DNA from: Candidatus Methylomirabilia bacterium
GTDB lineage: Bacteria; Methylomirabilota; Methylomirabilia; Rokubacteriales; CSP1-6
Direction of reading: 5' to 3'
Assembly: GCA_041497895.1 (NCBI GenBank)
Contig: JBGQHJ010000050.1
Span: 1-29,806 of the forward strand
Length of the DNA stretch: 29,806 bases
The position numbers were made by a program, and so were the translations under genes. Of the stretch, positions 9,086 to 17,700 are shown in pieces (the stretch's first letter is position 1; every line of letters begins with the position of its first letter). The notes beneath the pieces are model-generated. The model was not told where the DNA came from, did not search any database, and worked only from the letters and a program-made list of their open reading frames with translations.

Positions 9086-11032
9086 TCAGGGCAGGGTGAA
9101 GGCCAGCACGTAGTCTCCCTGCGTGGTGCCGAGCTTGCCGTGGCCACCGGCCGCGATGACGAGGTACTGCCGACCGTCGAGCCGATAGGTCATCGGCGTG
9201 GCCTGTCCCCCGGCCGGCAGGTCGTACTTCCAGAGCTCGCGGCCGGTCTCCGAGTCGAACGCGCGGAGGACGTTGTCCATCGAGGCCGCGGTGAACACGA
9301 GCCCGCCCGCGGTTGCCACCGGGCCGCCGAAGTTCGGGCTGCCGCTGCCGCGGAGGGTCGGGCGGAAGAGCCGCACCAGGAGCTGCTTGAAGATGCCGGC
9401 CACCACCTCACCGAGGGGCACGTCCCAGGCCGTCCGGCCCGTGAACAGGTCGACCGCGACGAGCGTCCCCCACGGCGGCGGGTTGCACGGGGTCCCGCTC
9501 GGGGAGAGCAGCGGCGCGCGCCGCATCGCGTAGGGCGTGCCGGCCTGGAGCGCGAGCTCCCCGCGGATGCGCTCCTCGGGCGGCCCCTGCGCCGCCTCGA
9601 GCGCCAGCCGCTCGTGCGGGATGAGCCGCACGATCATCGGGAGCCGGTTGGTGTTCATGAAGAGCAGGTGGCGCTCCGGATCGTAGGCCGAGCTGCCCCA
9701 GTTGACGCCACCCGCATTGCCCGGGAACACGACGGTGCCCCGCAGGCTCGGCGGGGTGAAGATGCCCTCGGAGCGAGCCGCCGCGATCTTCTCACGACAC
9801 CACGCGCGATCCTTCTCGGTCGAGCCCCAGGCGTCGTCGGGCCGGAGGCCCTCGGGCGCCGCCGAGATGCCGGAGAACGGCTGCGTCGGCCACGCCGTCT
9901 CGCCGGGCACGTCGCTCGAGGGCGCCGGCCGCTCCTCGACCGGGATCAGGGGGGCGCCGGTGACGCGATCGAGGACGAAGACCCGGCCCATCTTCGTGGT
10001 GATCGCGATCGCGGGGGTGCCGTCGCGCCAGCCGAAGAGCGTGGGCTGGGACGCGACGTCGTAGTCCCAGAGATCGTGGTGGACGACCTGGAATCCCCAC
10101 ACCAGCTCGCCGGTCGAGGCGCGCAGGGCGACGACGGAGTTCGCCCACCGGTTGTCGCCCGGTCGCGTGCCGCCCCAGTAGTCGGGACTGGCGCTGCCGG
10201 TCGGCACGAACACCAGCCCGCGCTCCGGGTCGACGGACAGGGTCGACCACGCATTGCCCGCTCCGGTGCGTGGGGTCGTGCGGGCCGCCCACGGGATCGG
10301 GTCCCAGCTCCAGCGGAGCGCGCCCGAGCGGGCGTCGAAGGCGCGCACGATCCCGCGCTCCACGTCGACGGCCCGGTTGTCGCCGATCGCCGACCCGACG
10401 ACCACCACGTCACCGGCCACCGCGGGCGCCGAGGTCACCTGGTAGTTGCCGAGGTCACGCAGATCGACGCCGCGGGTCAGGTCCACCTGCCCGCGGGCGC
10501 CGAAATCGGCGCAGGGCTTGCCGGTGTCACCGTCCAGCGCGACGAGCCGGGCATCGAGCGTGCCCATGAAGATCCGCGTCCGGCACGGCCCGCCCGGGGC
10601 GGAGGTGATGTCCCGCCAGGCCGCCACCCCGCGGGAGGTGACCTCGGAGTAGCCGTGCGAGAGATCGAGCGCCGCGTCGTACTCCCAGAGCTTTGCGCCG
10701 GTGCGCGGATCGAGCGCGATCGCGTGGTTGTACGGGGTGCTGAGGAAGAGCTTGCCGTCGACGAGGATCGGCGTGGCCTCGAAGGCGGCCTTGCGGTCGA
10801 GCGGCGCGCTGCGACCGAGGGCGCCGGTGCGGTACGTCCAGGCGAGACGGAGCTGGCCGACATTGGTCCGGTCGATCTGCGACGCGGTGGAGTAGCGGGC
10901 GCCGCCGGGGTCGTTGCCGTAGTGGGGCCACCCGACATCGGCGGCCGGCTGGGCCATCGACGGGGTGCCGACGACCGTGCAGAGCACGGCCGCGATCAGT
11001 ACGGCGGCGAGCGGCGGCGGCACCCTCACCAC
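9086..11032 (-). CDS. PQQ-dependent dehydrogenase, glucose/quinate/shikimate family, exported form without the multi-helix membrane anchor
   Basis: Signal peptide, WPHYG...RYS...I...NV..LRLAW, FEATPI, HHDLWDYDVASQP, GGVNWG, PCNPPPWG and GGQATPMTY motifs. Confidence 0.93.
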   Translation of the reverse strand: MVRVPPPLAAVLIAAVLCTVVGTPSMAQPAADVGWPHYGNDPGGARYSTASQIDRTNVGQLRLAWTYRTGALGRSAPLDRKAAFEATPILVDGKLFLSTPYNHAIALDPRTGAKLWEYDAALDLSHGYSEVTSRGVAAWRDITSAPGGPCRTRIFMGTLDARLVALDGDTGKPCADFGARGQVDLTRGVDLRDLGNYQVTSAPAVAGDVVVVGSAIGDNRAVDVERGIVRAFDARSGALRWSWDPIPWAARTTPRTGAGNAWSTLSVDPERGLVFVPTGSASPDYWGGTRPGDNRWANSVVALRASTGELVWGFQVVHHDLWDYDVASQPTLFGWRDGTPAIAITTKMGRVFVLDRVTGAPLIPVEERPAPSSDVPGETAWPTQPFSGISAAPEGLRPDDAWGSTEKDRAWCREKIAAARSEGIFTPPSLRGTVVFPGNAGGVNWGSSAYDPERHLLFMNTNRLPMIVRLIPHERLALEAAQGPPEERIRGELALQAGTPYAMRRAPLLSPSGTPCNPPPWGTLVAVDLFTGRTAWDVPLGEVVAGIFKQLLVRLFRPTLRGSGSPNFGGPVATAGGLVFTAASMDNVLRAFDSETGRELWKYDLPAGGQATPMTYRLDGRQYLVIAAGGHGKLGTTQGDYVLAFTLP

Positions 11033-11081
11033 GGGCTCAGCCCAACGGGTGCTTCTGCGGCGCCGACCGGTGGCCTATCGG

Positions 11082-11264
11082 TCAGGCCGGCGTCGAGCGC
11101 CTCAGCGCATCGATCGCGGTGACGGCCGGCCCATCGGAGGCCTCCGTCGAGGCGGCGGGCGGAGCGGGAACGGTGAGATCGGCTGCGCCCACCGGGGGCG
11201 CGACGGCGACTATCGAGCAGAGCGAGACGATCGAGCAGGTCGAGTAGATCACCCAGCGGTTCAT
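11082..11264 (-). CDS. Small secreted hypothetical protein (60 aa)
   Basis: AAGGA RBS, ATG, and a signal-peptide-like N-terminus ending VGA-AD followed by a Pro/Ala-rich tail. Co-oriented between the RAPP leader and the PQQ dehydrogenase. Confidence 0.5.
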   Translation of the reverse strand: MNRWVIYSTCSIVSLCSIVAVAPPVGAADLTVPAPPAASTEASDGPAVTAIDALRRSTPA

Positions 11265-11339
11265 GACACGGTTCCTTGCGCGGCCGGTGCGGATGGTGTA
11301 CGGCCGCCGTTCGGGGCACGTCGACGTCTACGGGGGCAG

Positions 11340-11657
11340 TCAGACGGGCGGGCCGAACGGGAGCGGAGGAGCGCGGGTGAGCGGCGAAGAGCCGTGGACC
11401 GAGGCGATCGGGTCGGAGTCGGGCGAAGCGATCGTGTCGGGAACGCGAGGGGCCGGCCGGTGGATCGCCACTCCGGTCGCACCGAGGCCGCTCCCCGTCA
11501 CGATGAGGTTGACGACGTCGTCGAAATCCGCGCCGTCGTAGAAGCCGGCGATCCAGGTCGGGTCGGCCGGGGAGGCGTGGGCCAGGGGCCGGAGCACGAC
11601 GACCAGGGCCACGGTCACGACCGAGACCCAGAAGGCGAACCACCGTCGGCGCCTCAT
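11340..11657 (-). CDS. Exported small protein with an Asp-rich motif and C-terminal RAPP (candidate arrest/leader peptide)
   Basis: MRRRRW, hydrophobic stretch, AHA-S cleavage site, SPADPTWIAGFYDGADFDDVV, a low-complexity linker, then TRAPP 7 aa before the stop. An extended -10 (TGGTACGCT) lies just upstream. Confidence 0.75.
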   Translation of the reverse strand: MRRRRWFAFWVSVVTVALVVVLRPLAHASPADPTWIAGFYDGADFDDVVNLIVTGSGLGATGVAIHRPAPRVPDTIASPDSDPIASVHGSSPLTRAPPLPFGPPV

Positions 11658-11724
11658 CGGGCGGAAGCGTACCACCGCCGGCGGGCGCTGGATAGCCGGC
11701 GTGACGGGAGGCGGAGGGAGGGCC

Positions 11725-12507
11725 TCAGACCGCGGGCTCGCCCGCGGTCACCGCGATGCACTGGCCCGAGAGGTTCTTGGCCGCGTCGCTGCAGAGGTAG
11801 ACGGCCAGGGTGGCGATGTCCTCCGCGGTCGACATGCGCTTGAGCGGCGCCCGCTCGACGAACGAGCGGCGCATCTCGTCGAGCGCCACCCCCCGGACCT
11901 CGGCCTGGCCGGCGATGACGCGGTCGATCCGGTCGCCCGCGACCGCGCCCGGGGCGATGGCATTGACCCGGATGTTGTGCGGCGCCAGCTCGAGCGCCAT
12001 GCCGTAGGTCATGCCGACCTGCCCGGCCTTGGCCGAGCAGTAGCCGATGCGGAAGGGCAGGCCGCGCCGTCCCGCGGTGGAGGTGATGTTGACGATGACT
12101 CCGCCGCCCGCCTTGAGCATCTCCGGCACCGCGAAGCGGGTGCACATGTACGAGCTCGTCAGGCAGGAGTTGATGGTGTAGAACCAGTCGTCGCGGGTGT
12201 AGTCCTGCACCCGCTTGGTCGGCCCGCCGTCGCCCGCGTTGTTGATCAGGACGTCGAGCTTGCCGAAGGCCCCGACCCCGGCCTCGATCATCCGCTTGAC
12301 GTCGCCCTCGGTGGCCGCGTCGCCGGTCACCGCGACCGCCCGGCCGCCGGCCGCCTTCACGAGCGCCGCCGTTTCCTCCACGAGATCCCGGCTCCGCGCC
12401 GCGCAGACGACCGCGGCGCCTTCCTGGGCGAACAGCCGGCTCATCACGCGACCGATGCCCTTGCTGGCGCCGGTGATGAGCGCCACCTTGCCATCGAGCT
12501 GACCCAT
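11725..12507 (-). CDS. SDR family NAD(P)-dependent oxidoreductase
   Basis: GAGGAGG RBS, ATG at 12507. TGASKGIG, NNAG, YCSAK and RVNAIAPG. Confidence 0.93.
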   Translation of the reverse strand: MGQLDGKVALITGASKGIGRVMSRLFAQEGAAVVCAARSRDLVEETAALVKAAGGRAVAVTGDAATEGDVKRMIEAGVGAFGKLDVLINNAGDGGPTKRVQDYTRDDWFYTINSCLTSSYMCTRFAVPEMLKAGGGVIVNITSTAGRRGLPFRIGYCSAKAGQVGMTYGMALELAPHNIRVNAIAPGAVAGDRIDRVIAGQAEVRGVALDEMRRSFVERAPLKRMSTAEDIATLAVYLCSDAAKNLSGQCIAVTAGEPAV

Positions 12508-12688
12508 ACGTCCTCCTCGCCGCTCCGAGCGGCCGGGCAAGGATGTCGCATCGTCGCGTCGCTGGCAAGACGGTAATTCTTACGTCGGGCGCCGTGTATC
12601 TTCTTCCTCCGTCGCCGGCCGCGCGTGCGACGTCAGCCTCGCCGCGTGCACCGGCAAGCAGTTGCGGATCGCGGTCGTCGACCCCTGC

Positions 12689-12705
12689 CTGGCACGCGGG
12701 TTGCC
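12689..12705 (+). promoter_or_regulatory. Sigma54 (-24/-12) promoter
   Basis: CTGGCACGCGGGTTGC matches TGGCACG-N4-TTGC exactly. It is followed by AGGAGG (12718-12723) and the ATG at 12730. Confidence 0.85.
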
Positions 12706-12729
12706 AGTACCCGGGCCAGGAGGTGCACC

Positions 12730-12954
12730 ATGACCAAGAAATCGACGAAGACGAGAATCCTCTCCGTCGCGGTCGGGCTGTCCCTGGTCTCGCTGGCCGC
12801 GACGGCGTGTGGAACGCTGGGTGGTGCGGCGGTCGGAGCGGGCGCGGGCGCGGCGGTCGGCGCCGGAACCGGCTATGGGGCCGGCAAGGGCGCGCTCATC
12901 GGCACCGGCGTGGGCGCGGCCGCCGGCGCCATCTACGACATCACCAAGCACTAG
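12730..12954 (+). CDS. Glycine-zipper lipoprotein (74 aa)
   Basis: Lipoprotein-type signal peptide ending LAATA-C, then GGAAVGAGAGAAVG...GALIGTGVGAAAGA. Strong RBS. Confidence 0.88.
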   Translation: MTKKSTKTRILSVAVGLSLVSLAATACGTLGGAAVGAGAGAAVGAGTGYGAGKGALIGTGVGAAAGAIYDITKH

Positions 12955-12969
12955 GGTCTGGAGGACTTC

Positions 12970-13251
12970 ATGACGCCGTACAAGGCAGTGGCGATGGGTC
13001 TCGTGCTGGCCGGTCCGCTCTGGGCGGGGTTCGCGGCCGGACAGAGCAAGCCCTCATGCGATCAGATGAAGGCGAGCGCGCCCCAGAAGGTGGAAGGGAA
13101 GGTCGTACGGGTGGACCAGGCCCAGGGCAAGGTGGCGGTGACCGAGTCCGACGGCAAGACGCACGAGTTCCAGGCCTCGAAGGAGACGCTCCAGGATCTG
13201 AAGGTCGGCGACAACATCGAGGCGCGGCTGCGCGAGCTGCCCAAGTGCTGA
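12970..13251 (+). CDS. Small secreted beta-rich (OB-fold-like) protein
   Basis: GGAGG RBS and signal peptide. VEGKVVRVD...V.V...LKVGDNIEA pattern with two Cys, one of them C-terminal. Confidence 0.8.
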   Translation: MTPYKAVAMGLVLAGPLWAGFAAGQSKPSCDQMKASAPQKVEGKVVRVDQAQGKVAVTESDGKTHEFQASKETLQDLKVGDNIEARLRELPKC

Positions 13252-13265
13252 TCGCTCGCTGAACC

Positions 13266-13299
13266 GGCGGCGGGGTCGTGGTCCCACGGCCCCGCCGCC
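13266..13299 (+). terminator. GC-rich hairpin after the sigma54 two-gene operon
   Basis: GGCGGCGGGGTCGTG / CACGGCCCCGCCGCC 15-bp stem with one U-G pair. There is no U-tract. Confidence 0.5.
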
Positions 13300-13340
13300 C
13301 GCGGTTGCTGCTCCCCGGCGGGATGCGCTACGATCCCGGC

Positions 13341-14369
13341 ATGAACATTCTCAAGAGCCTGGCGGTCAAGGACGTCCTAGAGGCCACGCGGGCCATCCCG
13401 GTCATCGATTTCTCGCCCGCGTTCGGCGCCACCCCGGCCGATCCCGAGAGACTGGAGGCGGTGGCCCGCGAGGTGAGGCGCGCCAGCGAGGCCGTCGGCT
13501 TCTTCTATCTCGCCGGGCACGGGGTGCCGGACGCGGTGGTGGAGCGGGCCTTCGCGGCCTCGCGCGAGTTCCACGCGCTGCCCCTCGGCGAGAAGATGCG
13601 CCTGCAGCTCAACGAGAACAACATCGGCTACCTCCCGGTGAACCAGTCGATCCAGAAGGCGTCGACGGTTCACAAGGCCACGCGCCCGAACTACAACGAG
13701 AGCTTCTTCATCAGCCACGACCGGGCCGCCGATCACCCGGACGTGCTGGCGGGCACGCCGCTGCGCGGGCGCAACCAGTGGCCGGACGGGCACGCCGCGA
13801 TGCGCGCGGCGATGGTCGCCTACTTCACCACGCTGCGGGGGGTGGGGGAGCGCATGCTGCCGGTGCTGGCGCGTGCGCTCGGGATGCCGGCCGGCCACTT
13901 CGCCCCGTCCTTCGCGGGCGAGGCGCACGTCAATCTGCGCTTCCTCCACTACCCGCCCCAGGACGTCGCGGACGACGAGCAGTTCGGGCAGGGCCCACAC
14001 ACCGACAACTCGTTCTTCACGATCCTGGCCCGGATGGACGTGCCGGGGCTCGCGGTGCGGCTGCCGTCGGGGGAGTGGCTGGCGCCGCCGTTGATCCCGG
14101 GGACGTTCCTGGTCAACCTCGGCAACATGATGAAGCGGTGGTCGAACGACCGCTTCCTCTCCACGCCGCACGCGGTGCTGAACGAGTCGGGGACCGACCG
14201 CTACTCGATCGCGTTCTTCTACAGCCCGGCCACGTCCGCGGTGATCGAGTGCCTGCCGAGCTGCACCGGCCCCGACGATCCACCGCGCTACCCGCCCGCG
14301 GTCTACGGCGACCTGGTGCTGGACTTCTACCGGGCCAACTACTTCCACCAGAAGGGCTACGTCGGCTAG
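13341..14369 (+). CDS. 2OG-Fe(II) oxygenase, isopenicillin N synthase/DIOX family
   Basis: IPVIDF, GFFYLAGHGV, LRFLHYPP, HTD...H facial triad, VNLG and RYS. TACGAT ends 6 nt before the ATG, suggesting a leaderless mRNA. Confidence 0.93.
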   Translation: MNILKSLAVKDVLEATRAIPVIDFSPAFGATPADPERLEAVAREVRRASEAVGFFYLAGHGVPDAVVERAFAASREFHALPLGEKMRLQLNENNIGYLPVNQSIQKASTVHKATRPNYNESFFISHDRAADHPDVLAGTPLRGRNQWPDGHAAMRAAMVAYFTTLRGVGERMLPVLARALGMPAGHFAPSFAGEAHVNLRFLHYPPQDVADDEQFGQGPHTDNSFFTILARMDVPGLAVRLPSGEWLAPPLIPGTFLVNLGNMMKRWSNDRFLSTPHAVLNESGTDRYSIAFFYSPATSAVIECLPSCTGPDDPPRYPPAVYGDLVLDFYRANYFHQKGYVG

Positions 14370-14401
14370 ACACCCGGTCCGGCCGGGCGGACACTTGAAG
14401 C

Positions 14402-14800
14402 ATGAGTAGGCGGCTGATCGGGTGGACGGTAGCGGTGACGGCGGTCGCGCTCCTGCTCGGCCCTCTCGCGGCGAGTGACGCCTCGGCCTGGGACCGCGGG
14501 CGGGGTGGATTCCACAACCACGGGTTCCACGGGCCGCGGGTCTTCATCGGACCGCGGGTGTTCGTGGGGCCGCGGTTCTTCGTCGGCCCCCGCTACTATC
14601 CGTACTACGCGTATCCGTATCCGTACTACCCCTACTACGACTACGCGCCGCCGGTGGTGGTGACCCCGCCGCCGACCGACTACGTCCAGCGGGAGCCACC
14701 GGCCGGCTACTGGTACTACTGCCAGGATCCGGCCGGCTACTACCCGACGGTGGCCGCGTGTCCGGGCGGCTGGATGCAGGTCGCGCCCCGGAGCGAGTAG
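14402..14800 (+). CDS. Exported Pro/Tyr-rich protein with C-terminal YWYYC...YYP...C motif
   Basis: Signal peptide, GPR(V/F)F repeats, a YP-rich tract and YWYYCQDPAGYYPTVAACPGGW. Confidence 0.82.
   Translation: MSRRLIGWTVAVTAVALLLGPLAASDASAWDRGRGGFHNHGFHGPRVFIGPRVFVGPRFFVGPRYYPYYAYPYPYYPYYDYAPPVVVTPPPTDYVQREPPAGYWYYCQDPAGYYPTVAACPGGWMQVAPRSE
14531..14593 (+). repeat. Degenerate 18-bp coding tandem repeat (about 3.5 units)
   Basis: Encodes GPRVFI-GPRVFV-GPRFFV-GPR. Confidence 0.7.
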
Positions 14801-14804
14801 CCGG

Positions 14805-15545
14805 TCACAGGTCCTGCAGCACCATTCGCCGGTAGGCCTCGGCCGCGGCCAGCTTGCGGCGCTTGCCCTGCTCGCGCGCCCACTGGGTGATCATCTCGGC
14901 GGGGTCCCACTCGCCCATCTGGCTCTTGTGCGCGCGCAGCGCGGCCACCTTCACGTCGAGGACTTCGGAGATGTCGACGTAGGTGTCCGGGCGCTCCGCC
15001 CCGTGGATGTAGACCTGGTGCACCTCGTGCGGCTCGAGCCCCACGTCCAGGAGCTCGGGGAAGATCAGGCGCGTCCCCGCGGAGGGGAACACCGCGTCGA
15101 GCGCGACGTCGGCGGCGACCCGGTGATCCGGATGGTTCATGTAGGTGGAGCCGTAGAACCGCATGGAGGGGTCGCCGGTCAGGACCGCTTCGGGCTGGAA
15201 GCGGCGGATGAGACGGGTCAGCTCCTTTCGCAGCGCGATCGAGGGCTCGAGCATGCCGTCCTCGTGGCCCAGAAAGATCGTGTCCTTCACCCCGAGGATC
15301 CGGCCGGCCTCGCGCTGCTCGTCTTCGCGGATGGCCACGAGCGCCCGCCGGGTCATGTCGCGCGGCGTGTACTTGTTCGAGCCGGCCCCACCGCTGGTGA
15401 TGCACACCGTGATGATCTCGCAGCCGGCGCGCGCCCACTTGGCGAGCGTGCCGCCGACCGTGAACTCCTGGTCGTCGGGGTGCGCGTGGATGCTCATCGC
15501 CCGCTTCGGCGCGGGCGGCTCCTTCGGCGGGGTTTTGGTGGGCAC
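14805..15545 (-). CDS. PIG-L/LmbE family deacetylase
   Basis: AHPDD, R..E...A...LG, NHPDH and AHKSQ motifs. GTG start inferred at 15545. Confidence 0.9.
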   Translation of the reverse strand: MPTKTPPKEPPAPKRAMSIHAHPDDQEFTVGGTLAKWARAGCEIITVCITSGGAGSNKYTPRDMTRRALVAIREDEQREAGRILGVKDTIFLGHEDGMLEPSIALRKELTRLIRRFQPEAVLTGDPSMRFYGSTYMNHPDHRVAADVALDAVFPSAGTRLIFPELLDVGLEPHEVHQVYIHGAERPDTYVDISEVLDVKVAALRAHKSQMGEWDPAEMITQWAREQGKRRKLAAAEAYRRMVLQDL

Positions 15546-15556
15546 GCGCGGCGGCC

Positions 15557-16396
15557 CTAGCGGCCGAGTGCGTCGTACGCCACGCGCGCCATCCGGCCGA
15601 TCAGCACGTTGGCCGCGGTGAAGCCGGGGGTGCCGTCGGGTAGCGCGGCCGGCACGTGCTCGGTGTAGGCGGTCAGGATGAAGAGCGGCCGGTCGCTCTT
15701 GAAGACGATGCCCGCGTCCATGAAGCCGCGCGAGCCGGTGCCGGTCTTGTGGGCGACCTTGGTGCCGAGCGGCAGCTGCGAGGGCAGCCGCGCCTTGAGC
15801 TTCTGCCAGGAGAGGATGTCGAGCCCGAGGCGGCAGAGCTCGGGAGTCACGCCCATGCGCGCGGCGACCGCAGGGTCGGTGGTGCCGCGCAGGATCAGCT
15901 CGAGCAGCATGCCCTGGTCGTTGGGCGTGGTGGTGGTCACCTGGTCGAGCGCGTGGTCGGGGCCGAGGCGCGGCGGGATGCCGAAGCGGTGCACGGTGCG
16001 GGTCATGCCGACCGCCTCGCAGAAGCGCTGGACCTCGCCGAGGCCGACCCGGTCCACCACGTGGCCGGTGCACGTGTTGTCGCTCACGATGATCATCATC
16101 ACCAGCGCGTCGCGGAACGTGATCCAGAAGCCGGGCGTCAAGTGCTGGAAGGTGCCCGAGTCGTTGTCCTGGAAGCGGGCGTCGATCGTCACCTTCTGGT
16201 CCAGCCCGAGCTTGCCGTCGTGGACCGCCTTCAGCGCGGCCATCATGATGGAGATCTTGCGCGTGCTCGCCGACGGCACCGGCACGTCACCCAGGCGGTC
16301 GGCGCGCGCGCCGGTGGTCAGGTCTTTCAGGTACCAGCTCGACTGGAACGGGAGCGCGTCGCAGAGGGCGTCGAGGCGGGCGGCCAGCTCCTGCAT
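15557..16396 (-). CDS. Serine hydrolase, class A beta-lactamase-like fold
   Basis: SxxK (STRK), SDN and KTG motifs are present. No E166-type ExxLN omega-loop motif is seen. Confidence 0.88.
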   Translation of the reverse strand: MQELAARLDALCDALPFQSSWYLKDLTTGARADRLGDVPVPSASTRKISIMMAALKAVHDGKLGLDQKVTIDARFQDNDSGTFQHLTPGFWITFRDALVMMIIVSDNTCTGHVVDRVGLGEVQRFCEAVGMTRTVHRFGIPPRLGPDHALDQVTTTTPNDQGMLLELILRGTTDPAVAARMGVTPELCRLGLDILSWQKLKARLPSQLPLGTKVAHKTGTGSRGFMDAGIVFKSDRPLFILTAYTEHVPAALPDGTPGFTAANVLIGRMARVAYDALGR

Positions 16397-16400
16397 GGCA

Positions 16401-17342
16401 CTACTCCCCCAGCCCCGGCATGGTGAAGGCGGCGCGCCCGAGTTCGGCGGCGAGGGCCGCGCGCTGCTCCGCGGTCAGGGCCACGAGCGGTGGGCGCACC
16501 GTGACCCACGCCCCGTCGCCGCCGTAGCGCGCGATGACCGCCTTCAGCGCGGGGATCATCGGGTAGCGCTGCATGATGCCGCGGATCTCGTCGAGACGCG
16601 CCTGCTGGGCGTCCGCTTCCGGCGTCTGCCACTCGCGGAAGAGGCGCGCGATGGCGGCCGGGTTGACGTTGGCGGTGGCGCTGATGCAGCCCGCGCCGCC
16701 CCCGCGCATGTTCGCGAGCAGGAAGGTCTCGCTCCCCGCGAACACGTCGAATCCCCCGGCCGCGAAGGCGTCCAGCATCGCCTTGGTGTTGCTCCAGTCG
16801 CCCGAGCTGTCCTTCACCCCGGCCACGATGCCGGGATAGGCCTTGAGCAGGCGCTCGATGAGGGCGAGGGTGATCGGCACGTTCGACACCGGGGGAATGT
16901 GGTAGAGGTACACCCGCAGCCGCCGATCACCCACCCGCTCGATCACCTCCGCGAAGCTCCGGAAGAGCCCGTCGTCGGAGACGCCCTTGTAGTAGAACGG
17001 CGGCAGCATCAGCACGCCGCCCGCGCCCAGCTTCATGGCGTGCGCGGTGAGGCGCACCGAGTCGGTGAGGGCGCAGCAGCCGGTCCCCGGCATGAGGCGC
17101 GCGGGATCGACGCCGCCCGCGACCAGCCGGTCCAGCAGCTCCGTCTTCTCCTCGGTCGAGAGCGAGTTGGCCTCCGAGTTGGTCCCGAACACCGCGAGGC
17201 CCACGTCCTGGGAGAGCAGCCAGCGACACTGGCGGACGAAGCGCTCGGGATCGGGGGAGAGGTCGGCCTTGAACGGGGTGACGACCGGGGAGAGGACGCC
17301 CCCGATACGTTCAGCGCGATCGGCGCGATCGAGTGTGCTCAC
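16401..17342 (-). CDS. Dihydrodipicolinate synthase (DapA/NAL) family aldolase
   Basis: PVVTPF, FGTNSE, LPPFYY, LYHIP and Schiff-base Lys in GVKDSSGD. Confidence 0.92.
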   Translation of the reverse strand: MSTLDRADRAERIGGVLSPVVTPFKADLSPDPERFVRQCRWLLSQDVGLAVFGTNSEANSLSTEEKTELLDRLVAGGVDPARLMPGTGCCALTDSVRLTAHAMKLGAGGVLMLPPFYYKGVSDDGLFRSFAEVIERVGDRRLRVYLYHIPPVSNVPITLALIERLLKAYPGIVAGVKDSSGDWSNTKAMLDAFAAGGFDVFAGSETFLLANMRGGGAGCISATANVNPAAIARLFREWQTPEADAQQARLDEIRGIMQRYPMIPALKAVIARYGGDGAWVTVRPPLVALTAEQRAALAAELGRAAFTMPGLGE

Positions 17343-17383
17343 GGGCTGCGCTCCTTCGTCGGAGAAGGTGATCTACCGGCCAC

Positions 17384-17392
17384 ATGGTAGCA
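17384..17392 (-). promoter_or_regulatory. Extended -10 promoter for the DapA-family/serine hydrolase/PIG-L operon
   Basis: TGCTACCAT (TGn-TACCAT) about 40 nt upstream of the GTG at 17342. Confidence 0.5.
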
Positions 17393-17700
17393 CCGAGCGC
17401 TTGCGTTTGGGCCAACCGGGTTCTAGGCTGAGGGCTCCGCATCGCCGGCCTCCTGGCCGTCTCCGCTGCCGCCCGGCGCTAGGCCGAGGGCGGCTCCAGC
17501 ATCTCGATGAGCGGCTGGTCGCCGCTCAGGAGGTAGATCGCGACGAAGTGCAACGATGGACCGCACGTCGACCTTGGTGGTGTTCCAGTCCGCGAGGGGA
17601 GTCGCCAGCAGGGGTCAGCGCTCGATCGTCGATTGACCGCTCATGGCTCACGGTTGGGAGTGCGGGATCCGACAGAACGATTCACGAAAGGAGATCGCCC

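Noticed and set aside
9086..11032. Methanol dehydrogenase XoxF/MxaF linked to C1-sulfur metabolism
   Set aside because: It lacks the vicinal Cys-Cys motif, and its motifs (HHDLWDYD, PCNPPPWG) match the glucose/quinate dehydrogenase group.
8936..11122. Long antisense ORFs (also 431-1738, 7223-8836, 15678-17390, 21080-22849, 24180-26654)
   Set aside because: These are shadow frames opposite well-supported genes, expected at high GC, and have no recognisable motifs.
15557..16396. Antibiotic-resistance class A beta-lactamase
   Set aside because: No signal peptide, no E166-type motif, and a metabolic operon context.
17035..17700. N-terminal extension of the DUF2235 ORF (621 aa)
   Set aside because: It overlaps the DapA-family gene antisense. 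The RBS and domain start are at 17701.
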